From: an uncultured Anaerolineae bacterium
GTDB taxonomy: Bacteria; Chloroflexota; Anaerolineae; Anaerolineales; Villigracilaceae
Assembly (NCBI GenBank): GCA_903908605.1
Contig: CAIVSQ010000264.1
Span: 494 to 64,493 of the forward strand
Direction: 5' to 3'
DNA length: 64,000 nucleotides
In this document: one piece after another, positions 8,354-15,581 of the stretch
Position numbering within the stretch: position 1 is the stretch's first letter
Layout: every line of letters starts with the position of its first letter
Notes under the pieces: generated by a model
The model's input: the letters and a program-made list of their open reading frames with translations, nothing else
Told to the model about the DNA's origin: nothing
Database searches by the model: none
Made by a program: the position numbers and the translations under genes

Positions 8354-10363
8354 ATGTCCAAACAACTGTTTACAAATGGTATTGAGGCCAGCAGTGGAGG
8401 TTCACTGGATGGTGATTTGGTCATTACCACTGATTTAATCGCCAAGATAGCGCGTGGTCAGCGTTTGTCAAAAGAGGATATTGACGATGCAAAAAAGCGT
8501 AAGTCACTGGATCAGGCTCGTGAAGCTCGTTTTGGGGTCGAGGAAGGCGTGGATGAGACCGTTCTGGCTCAAACTGGCTGGTCGGTGATTTTTCCGGCCG
8601 ATTTGCCACAAAAATCGGCGGATGCCATCAAGGAGGCCCTCAAACCGCTGCTTGACCTGCGCAAAGAGCAAGCCTCAGAAGAAAAGGAACATTATTATAA
8701 GGAGGTCATCGGGCCGGAGTTGGGGGTCAAAAAAGGGGAATCAAAAAACGATTTCCTCAAACGATTTGGCCGTGGGCCGGGGCCTGCCGTTCCGGATAAA
8801 TTTCCATATTACGCCATGATCGTCGGCTCTCCCGAAACCATTCCTTTCAACTTTCAGACCCAGCTCGACGTTCAGTATGCAGTCGGTCGCATTTATTTTG
8901 ACCAGCTTGAAGATTACTATCGTTACGCCACCAGTGTGGTGGCTGCAGAAAAGAAAAAGTTTTTCCGATCTAAAACTGCAGCCTTCTTTGGTGTGTCCAA
9001 CCCGGATGATAAAGCCACCAGCTTGAGTGCCACTGAGTTGATTGGCCCGCTTGCCCGTGAAATGCAGTCAGGTCACAAGGATTGGGGCGTGGATGTAATT
9101 GACCCTGCCAACGCCACCAAATCCAGGTTGGCCGAATACATGGGTGGCGCAAAAACGCCTTCCCTGCTTTTCAGCGCCAGCCACGGGATGAATTTCAAGA
9201 TGGATGACAAACGTCTGTTGCCCCACACCGGCTCCATCCTGACCCAGGATTGGCCCGGCCCCAAGGCACGCGTGCCAGTTACTGACAAAATGTACTTTTC
9301 AGCCGATGATATTGCCTCAGACGCGGATGTTTTTGGCATGATTGCATTCATTTTTGCCTGCTATGGCGGTGGTATTCCACGCAGCGATAATTTTTACCGC
9401 CAGGTGTATGGCGAACCCAAGGATATTGCTCCTTACGCTTTCCTGGCCCAACTTCCGCTCAAGTTATTGGCTCACCCACGTGGCGGAGCCCTGGGTGTGT
9501 TCGCGCATGTGGAGCGCGCGTGGGGTTCATCCATCAAGTGGGATGGTTCAACCAGCGATGTGGAAACGTTCAAGTCAACTGTTGCGGCTCTATTGAATGG
9601 TAAACCTGCCGGGGCAGCGACCGAATACTTCAACCAGCGTTATGCCGAAATTTCGACTGCCCTGACCGATGAGCTTGATTTCAGCACACCAGAGACGCAG
9701 GATGATGTGCGCGTAGCCGGGCTTTGGACCTCCAATAATGACGCGCGTAATTACACCTTCCTGGGTGATCCGGCGGTACGGTTGGCTGTGGATGGCAAAG
9801 CGCCTGATGCTCCCCAACGCGCCAGCCTGGGTGAGATTGTCACAAAGGTGCCTGCCGCCATTACCACCAGTGCCGGGTCTTTTCAACCGGATGTGGAAGC
9901 CAGAGGCGGTAAAGATGCTAAATCGGTAGCCAAGGGCACACCAGAAAGTTTTGGTTTCCCGGGCTTCCCAACCAAAAAAGACAGCGACCCGCTGGTTGCA
10001 ACACCCACGCAGGTTGATACCAGGGGTGGGGATGCGTTCAAGAAATTTGTGGAAAAACTGGGCGATTATCTATCGCAGGCTTTGACCGATGCTGCCAGCC
10101 TGGAAATCTCCACCTATGTGACCGGTGAAATGGATGATGTGAAATTTGAATCAGGGAAATTTACCGGTGCCAAGCTGCGTGCCCTGACGCGCATCAATAT
10201 CGATGGTGATACATTGGTGTGCGTGCCTGAAAAAGATGGCGAGGTTGATACAGCTGTTTGGAATATTCACGTCGAAATGGTGCGAGTCGCCCAGGAAAAT
10301 CGCGCGGAATTTATGAAAACGATTGTCAGCGCAGCGACCAGTATCGCCGGTTTTGGCAAATAA
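8354..10363 (+). CDS. Clan CD cysteine peptidase (gingipain C25 / caspase-like fold), cytoplasmic, with an acidic linker and a C-terminal uncharacterised module shared with the two downstream genes
   Basis: Numbering is from the track start at 8342. A hydrophobic strand plus LLFSASHG gives His281 (nt 9182-9184). A hydrophobic strand plus IAFIFACYGGG gives Cys340 (nt 9359-9361). This is the clan CD His-Gly / Ala-Cys dyad. PYYAMIVGSPETIPF...DVQYAVGRIYF resembles the gingipain N-terminal subdomain. There is no signal peptide. The start is either ATG 8342 or ATG 8354, and GGAGGT at 8344-8349 favours 8354. Confidence 0.7.
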   Translation: MSKQLFTNGIEASSGGSLDGDLVITTDLIAKIARGQRLSKEDIDDAKKRKSLDQAREARFGVEEGVDETVLAQTGWSVIFPADLPQKSADAIKEALKPLLDLRKEQASEEKEHYYKEVIGPELGVKKGESKNDFLKRFGRGPGPAVPDKFPYYAMIVGSPETIPFNFQTQLDVQYAVGRIYFDQLEDYYRYATSVVAAEKKKFFRSKTAAFFGVSNPDDKATSLSATELIGPLAREMQSGHKDWGVDVIDPANATKSRLAEYMGGAKTPSLLFSASHGMNFKMDDKRLLPHTGSILTQDWPGPKARVPVTDKMYFSADDIASDADVFGMIAFIFACYGGGIPRSDNFYRQVYGEPKDIAPYAFLAQLPLKLLAHPRGGALGVFAHVERAWGSSIKWDGSTSDVETFKSTVAALLNGKPAGAATEYFNQRYAEISTALTDELDFSTPETQDDVRVAGLWTSNNDARNYTFLGDPAVRLAVDGKAPDAPQRASLGEIVTKVPAAITTSAGSFQPDVEARGGKDAKSVAKGTPESFGFPGFPTKKDSDPLVATPTQVDTRGGDAFKKFVEKLGDYLSQALTDAASLEISTYVTGEMDDVKFESGKFTGAKLRALTRINIDGDTLVCVPEKDGEVDTAVWNIHVEMVRVAQENRAEFMKTIVSAATSIAGFGK

Positions 10364-10376
10364 CGGTCGATTGATC

Positions 10377-11180
10377 ATGGATGTTTTTGAAAGCTCTTCC
10401 ACAGACGTGTTGGGTTTGTGGACTGGGGTGCCCCAGTCCACGGGGCTTTCATTTGGCCTGGATTCCGATGAAACACAAACCGGACCTTTCGGAGGGGAAG
10501 GGGAGGTTTACCGAACCAATTTGCCCACCGATCCCGAAGCGGCACGTGACATCTTTATGACCAGTGCCAGCCATTTTAAACGGGTTGAAGATGCGCTGGA
10601 TGAAGTCCCCGGCCGCCTTGACACACTTGTGGCCAATGGTTTGACCGTGCCTGCAAAAGTGACTGCTGAACCAAGTTTTTCAACGGGTGAGCAGGTTAAA
10701 CCGATGACACCAGAAGATGAATTGGTTTCCATGCTGGCCGGAACCAGGACTGGCGATGACGCAACCGGTGAAAGTTTTGGCATTGGGGAGAGCATCGTGG
10801 AAAGCTGGGAGATTTTCCGAACCCAGTTTGAAGCTTTGATGACCTTGGTGGAGCGGGATGTGCTGCACTTTGCCTGGGTTGAGACCAATGTCGGTGGAGA
10901 AACTGTGGCGCGCACATCCATCAACTGGGGTGGCGATGTGCAAACCATCTTTGCTGAAGATGTAGAAAAAACCAGGGCCAGCTTGCACGAACGCACCCTG
11001 GGAACGGTGATACGTACCCGCCATTTGCGTTTGCGCCTGGCTGTAACAGTGGCCGGAGGCGCAGTTAAAATTGCCGCAGCGTTGGGCGGACCGGCTGGAC
11101 CCTTCCTGGCACTGCCGGCGGTTTACCAGTTTGTTACCAGTATTGTGGCGCAAGCCGCAGAACTGCAATCAATTCAATGA
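10377..11180 (+). CDS. Hypothetical protein: acidic, probably disordered N-terminal half, copy of the shared module, Gly/Ala-rich hydrophobic C-terminal hairpin
   Basis: The ORF lies 13 nt after the protease stop on the same strand. I recognise no family. The ATG at 10377 is preferred over the TTG at 10323, which overlaps the protease gene. The antisense ORFs in this interval look like artefacts. Confidence 0.6.
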   Translation: MDVFESSSTDVLGLWTGVPQSTGLSFGLDSDETQTGPFGGEGEVYRTNLPTDPEAARDIFMTSASHFKRVEDALDEVPGRLDTLVANGLTVPAKVTAEPSFSTGEQVKPMTPEDELVSMLAGTRTGDDATGESFGIGESIVESWEIFRTQFEALMTLVERDVLHFAWVETNVGGETVARTSINWGGDVQTIFAEDVEKTRASLHERTLGTVIRTRHLRLRLAVTVAGGAVKIAAALGGPAGPFLALPAVYQFVTSIVAQAAELQSIQ

Positions 11181-11204
11181 GAGAATTTTATTAAGGAGAA
11201 TATT

Positions 11205-11528
11205 ATGGCAACCAGTCCAGAACTGAAAGAAGCGATAAAAAATGCCGCCGACAAAATCGCGACTTATGTGAGCGACGTGGCAACAATGACCGTAGAAACC
11301 CGTTATGTAGAAATGGGTGGTGACTTCGAAAAAAGCAAGTTGGCCGCTCGCACGGTCATCAAGTTGGATGGCGACAGCGAAACTGTTCTACCAATGAAGA
11401 TGGGCACGGATGGTACCCTGGTGGTGGATACGATTGTGAATGAAAAGCATCAAGAAAATGTTCAGGCAGCCATCGATTACCGCGCCGAGATGCTTGAGCG
11501 CCTGCTTGGGCTGCTTTCCAGTCAATAA
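11205..11528 (+). CDS. Hypothetical 107-aa protein consisting only of the shared module
   Basis: Strong AAGGAG RBS. It aligns by eye with the protease C-terminus (KIATYVSDV..TVETRYV..LAARTVIKLDGDSETVLP..HQENV..YRAEM versus KLGDYLSQA..EISTYV..LRALTRINIDGDTLVCVP..HVEMV..NRAEF). It is followed by a strong terminator. Confidence 0.7.
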   Translation: MATSPELKEAIKNAADKIATYVSDVATMTVETRYVEMGGDFEKSKLAARTVIKLDGDSETVLPMKMGTDGTLVVDTIVNEKHQENVQAAIDYRAEMLERLLGLLSSQ

Positions 11529-11550
11529 AATCCAATTAATTGGAGCTGTA

Positions 11551-11592
11551 TGAATCAAGAGAGGCTACCGTCCGGTAGCCTCTCTTGATTCA
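11551..11592. terminator. Bidirectional rho-independent terminator between convergent genes
   Basis: tgaatcaagagaggctaccg / cggtagcctctcttgattca form 20-nt perfectly complementary arms with a T-run (tggtttt) on the + side. The 3' arm overlaps the stop codon of the minus-strand lipoprotein gene. Confidence 0.65.
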
Positions 11593-11922
11593 TGGTTTTA
11601 GTTGAAATGTGTTGCCATTTAACCGGCGATCGATGTCATCCAACATGCCTTCGATCTGATCAGCGATGGCATCAACGTCCGGTGTTGGATCGATCAAATA
11701 CTGGACCGTTCCCGGCGTAGCGCTTGGCTCAGGTGTGGGGCTTAATTCCACTCCTGGGATGGTTGGTTCTGCTGTTGCGCTTGGGATCGCCATGACCCTC
11801 ACTTTGGGTTTTGGCTTGGCCGGATCCTGGTCAAGCGGGCTGCTGGTATCATTTTTTGAGCAACTGCCGAGCAGCAGTGCCACGAATGCCAGCAAGATCC
11901 CTGTTACAAAAAGTTTTTTCAC
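11590..11922 (-). CDS. Small lipoprotein, function unknown
   Basis: A GTG start at 11922 gives MKKLFVTGILLAFVALLLGSC (signal peptide plus lipobox) followed by a Pro/Thr-rich linker. The longer track ORF would overlap the upstream gene. Confidence 0.55.
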   Translation of the reverse strand: MKKLFVTGILLAFVALLLGSCSKNDTSSPLDQDPAKPKPKVRVMAIPSATAEPTIPGVELSPTPEPSATPGTVQYLIDPTPDVDAIADQIEGMLDDIDRRLNGNTFQLKP

Positions 11923-11998
11923 AGCATTTCCTGAAAAATGGATCGCTTTGTTTCCGTGATGTGAGACCCGGCTTGAACCGGACTTATTCTGGATAAAA

Positions 11999-12547
11999 TT
12001 ATTGTTCCCCGCGCAGGCGCAGTACACGCCAGCGATCGAGGCTCTTGCGCAGAATGTTGATTGCGTTGGTGAGGCGGAAATTCGCATCCTTCACCTGGTC
12101 GCGACCAAGCAACAGGGATTCACCTGCAGCGAGGCGATCGCGCACTTCGCCATTGGCTTTCCAGCCAGAGAGCGAGAAAATGGTGATGCCGGCCTGGCTG
12201 TTTACATCACGTGCGCCAGCAACCTCGGTCAGAAAAGAGGAAAGGGCATCCTTAAGGAAGGTGACATCCTTCTTCTTTTTGGATTGGGCGGTGATCAAAT
12301 CGTCATACGTTGCACCAATCAAGCCAGCCTGAACAAAAACCGCTTCCTGGTCGACCAGCCATCCGCCTACTTTTTGGTGCATTTTCATCAAGGTTTCGTT
12401 TGGCAGGCGGCCAAGGCCTGGAATTGCTGTCAGGGGGCCGTTGCTTTCAGCATAAGCCACGGGGACCACCGTCAACAGAACTGCAATTACGATCAGTACA
12501 CTCAGCAGTTTGGCAAGAGTTTTCCCGGATGACAGGTTGTTTTTCAT
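11999..12547 (-). CDS. Secreted or membrane-anchored hypothetical protein
   Basis: The ATG at 12547 is preceded by GGAGG. It has an N-terminal signal or anchor LAKLLSVLIVIAVLLTVVPVAYA. I recognise no family. Confidence 0.55.
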   Translation of the reverse strand: MKNNLSSGKTLAKLLSVLIVIAVLLTVVPVAYAESNGPLTAIPGLGRLPNETLMKMHQKVGGWLVDQEAVFVQAGLIGATYDDLITAQSKKKKDVTFLKDALSSFLTEVAGARDVNSQAGITIFSLSGWKANGEVRDRLAAGESLLLGRDQVKDANFRLTNAINILRKSLDRWRVLRLRGEQ

Positions 12548-12670
12548 TGAAAAGTTCCTCCTAAATTGGTAAACATGGAATACCCACAAGTTCATTATTG
12601 ATGGGTATTTACGGACATCCCATTTATACCATAAGTGGCATGATTGGGATATTAATTTTGCCGCATTACA

Positions 12671-12707
12671 AAAAGGGTGGTATCCCCTTTAGGAACCCAC
12701 CCTTTTA
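12671..12707 (-). terminator. Rho-independent terminator of the amylase-family gene
   Basis: On the minus strand, the stem gggtgg...ccaccc is followed by tttttgtaat, immediately after the stop at 12712. Confidence 0.55.
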
Positions 12708-12711
12708 TCAA

Positions 12712-15492
12712 TTATTGATCGGTTTTTGGCGTTTTAGCCTTGGTTGGCTTTTTTACAGGTTTTTCCGCTTTGAGTGTAGGCTTCTTCTCTGCTTTTGGTT
12801 TTTTCTCGGTTGCCGGCTTTTTCTTGCTGTTCTTCCGCAGTTTGCTGGGGGGGGCAGGGGTTGGTTCAACTACCTTGGGGGCGAATAATTCATCCCAGCG
12901 AGCCTGGATAGCCCAGTAACCGGACCCATCCAAGGAATCGCACACGGCTTTCCACTTGCCATCCGCGTCGTTGACTTCGCGAATATCCACGAATGCGTGG
13001 CATTTATATGGTCCCAGCTCAACATATAAGCCGTTTTCCACAATACCGCGACTTGGGCGGATGAAATCCAGCCCTGAGTTGATGTCATGCAGGATCAAAT
13101 AGTCGTTTTCGCCGCCGCGTAGTGCCAGGCCTTCACCGAGAGATTTTTGGCGCATCTCATTGGTAGATTTGTCCATATACACTGCTGAAGTTTTTATCCA
13201 GCCACGTGTGTCTGCGTAGCGGTTGTGATACACAACCAGGCAGCGTTCGCCGTCCTTCCCATTTGAATAAGCAAAAACATCTTCGGCGATGTTTCCTTCG
13301 GGTGTATAGACATCGTACAGCAAGAAAAGGTCGATTTCAGCGAAGAGGTAGCGCCGGCGCATAAGCGGGTAGATTACCCGTTCGTGGTGATCCATCAGAC
13401 CCTGGTTCGGATATTCGTCCCAATAGGCGCGCCGGTATTCCATGCCATATTTTTCGCGGAAGCCTTCGATTTGCCCGTGACCGATCATGGGTAAGCCCGG
13501 CAGGGTGGTCATGAGCGTGGCAACTCCGAAATATTTGTCACCGCTGCCAAACTGTTCTACGGCAGTTTTCTCATCTGGATTGTTCATGAAATTGACGTAA
13601 CGCTTGAGTACTTGCGGGTCAAATTCGAGCGTATTCTTGATGGCTTCGCGGTATTTGGCATTATCTTCATTGCGCAACATGTGCATGAATGCTGAGTTGT
13701 AGACACGATGCATGCCAAGCGTACGCACAAAGTAGCCTTCCATCATCCAGAATGCTTCTGCCAACAGCAAGGTATCGGGAACTTCGTCGGCCACACGGTC
13801 TACCACTTCTCGCCAAAATTCTTCCGGGATGGCCTGTTCAAACTGTTCACGTGTCAGGCCGTGTTCAGAGCGAGATGGAATTGCCCCACCTGAACCAGGT
13901 TCGGGGAACCACAGGCGCTGGACGTGACGTTTGGCCAGGGTCATGGCCGCATCGAAACGGATGATGGGAAAATTGCGGGCGACATGCAAGATCGTCTGGA
14001 TGACAGCTTCACGCACTTCAGCTTTGAGATAGTCGAGCTGGGCGGTGTCGTTCCAGGGCATGGAGGTGCCGTCATTGCCGTGGTAAATGTACCGGACATC
14101 CCCTGTCCATCGGTCAATGCGTTTGAAGACGACTGCTGCATCGGTTTTTTCGTAATAGTGATCTTCGAGGAAGATGCCAACCCGGCTGTCATTGGATAGA
14201 TCGCGACCATTGAAGGTGTACCCGGGGTAGGGTGAATTGGGCAGGCTCAGGAACCAATCTGGGTGCTGAACAACCCAGGTCGAATCAACGCCCATGTGGT
14301 TTGGAACCATGTCAGCCGAGAGACGAATGCCACGCTGCCATGCACGCCAGCGCAGGTTTTCGAGTGCCGCCCAGCCGCCCAGGTCATTGGAAATTTGGTA
14401 ATCCATCAATGAATAGGCAGAAGCGACCGCCTCTGGATTTCCCATCATTTGTTTGATCGTTTTAGAGGCTGTGCTGCGTTCCCACAGCCCGATCAGCCAC
14501 AGCCCGGTGATGCCGGCTTGGGCGAGTTTATCGAGTTCTTCATCCGGGATCATGTCCAGGGTGCGAATCTCACGTTTGTAGGCTTTGCTAAGTTGATCAA
14601 GCCAGACATACGAATTTTTTGCGATTAATACCAGCCGGGGCATCCAGTCCTTATCGGGGCTGAAACGCTCGTATTCGGTGAAATCTGACCCGGCAAAAGT
14701 AATGGCGGTTGTCTCGCCGGCAAATCCACCGGAGAAGTTGCCGCGAATGGCCTCCTCCTTAACAAAATCCAAGCCGCGTAGCAGGCGCTGTACAAATACG
14801 TCGCCTAGCATGACGCCCCACTTCTGTAGCAGGAACTGTAATTGGCCTTCAAGAGAATAGGGAGAAGCAATGGCAGGGGCGCGCAAGACGTGGATGAGGG
14901 TTTCGACGCTATTGGGTGTGCTAAAACCCGGTTCACCGCTTAAAAAGTCAGAAAGTGTATTGACGAGCTGATCATAACCGGTAGGTTTGAGCGCGGTATC
15001 GTCAAACAATTCCTTGTAAGGCTGTACGGCTGGGTTGAGGTTGGTAACGTGCAGTATCAACATTTCCTCAATGGTTGTCTGGCGATGCGGACGTCCGTCT
15101 GAATATGCATTCAAGTAATCTGCGGCCCAGGTTTGTTTCTGGTACACCTTTACAGGTGGAAATTCATCAAGGAATTTTAGCTGTGTCAGTTCAAAGCCAA
15201 CTTTTCCCAACCTGGTTTCCATTTTTGTGACCGCACGGCCCATCACACCAGGGTTTTGTTTTTCATACTGGCGAATAATGATGTGCATGATTTCATCAAT
15301 GAGTCCCATGGCATTGATATCGGAGGCGGGAATGGTTTTCCCGCGCACTTCGCTCATTTGGATCGCAAATTTTCGTGCGGCGGGAAAATTTGCAACAATT
15401 ACGCGGCCGTCGCTTGCGAAAAGGGAGAGATCAAATCTGTAAGTGTCTCGTGCTTTTCTGGACACATGGAATTCAAATGGGAAATTTGACAT
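12712..15492 (-). CDS. Glycoside hydrolase family 13 (alpha-amylase superfamily) protein with a lysine-rich C-terminal tail
   Basis: All four GH13 conserved regions are present: DMVPNH (I), IIRFDAAMT (II), LLAEAFW (III) and FMNNPDE (IV). It is 926 aa, and the last 55 aa or so are K/P/E/T-rich. Confidence 0.85.
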   Translation of the reverse strand: MSNFPFEFHVSRKARDTYRFDLSLFASDGRVIVANFPAARKFAIQMSEVRGKTIPASDINAMGLIDEIMHIIIRQYEKQNPGVMGRAVTKMETRLGKVGFELTQLKFLDEFPPVKVYQKQTWAADYLNAYSDGRPHRQTTIEEMLILHVTNLNPAVQPYKELFDDTALKPTGYDQLVNTLSDFLSGEPGFSTPNSVETLIHVLRAPAIASPYSLEGQLQFLLQKWGVMLGDVFVQRLLRGLDFVKEEAIRGNFSGGFAGETTAITFAGSDFTEYERFSPDKDWMPRLVLIAKNSYVWLDQLSKAYKREIRTLDMIPDEELDKLAQAGITGLWLIGLWERSTASKTIKQMMGNPEAVASAYSLMDYQISNDLGGWAALENLRWRAWQRGIRLSADMVPNHMGVDSTWVVQHPDWFLSLPNSPYPGYTFNGRDLSNDSRVGIFLEDHYYEKTDAAVVFKRIDRWTGDVRYIYHGNDGTSMPWNDTAQLDYLKAEVREAVIQTILHVARNFPIIRFDAAMTLAKRHVQRLWFPEPGSGGAIPSRSEHGLTREQFEQAIPEEFWREVVDRVADEVPDTLLLAEAFWMMEGYFVRTLGMHRVYNSAFMHMLRNEDNAKYREAIKNTLEFDPQVLKRYVNFMNNPDEKTAVEQFGSGDKYFGVATLMTTLPGLPMIGHGQIEGFREKYGMEYRRAYWDEYPNQGLMDHHERVIYPLMRRRYLFAEIDLFLLYDVYTPEGNIAEDVFAYSNGKDGERCLVVYHNRYADTRGWIKTSAVYMDKSTNEMRQKSLGEGLALRGGENDYLILHDINSGLDFIRPSRGIVENGLYVELGPYKCHAFVDIREVNDADGKWKAVCDSLDGSGYWAIQARWDELFAPKVVEPTPAPPSKLRKNSKKKPATEKKPKAEKKPTLKAEKPVKKPTKAKTPKTDQ

Positions 15493-15581
15493 GTAAATGG
15501 CTCCTGAAATTGGTATTCTATATGAGATTAACTATACCCCATTGGTGGGAATGTGTGTAGCGATTTCGGAGTATACTTAAG

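Noticed and set aside
10508-11168. Long antisense ORFs opposite coding genes (for example 10508-10996 -, 10680-11168 -, 911-1789 -, 62911-63684 +, 30629-31207 -).
   Set aside because: Their translations are low-complexity, Arg/Ser/Pro/Gly-rich and lack starts with an RBS. They mirror well-supported genes on the other strand. This is typical of stop-codon depletion opposite coding sequence at this GC content.
10377-11180. Gene 2 of the protease operon as a bacterial gasdermin.
   Set aside because: Bacterial gasdermins are beta-rich proteins of about 240-270 aa that have an N-terminal Cys and a short C-terminal inhibitory peptide. This protein has an acidic, disordered N-terminal half, a module shared with its neighbours and a hydrophobic C-terminal hairpin. 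The analogy is only functional, and I see no gasdermin-like sequence features.
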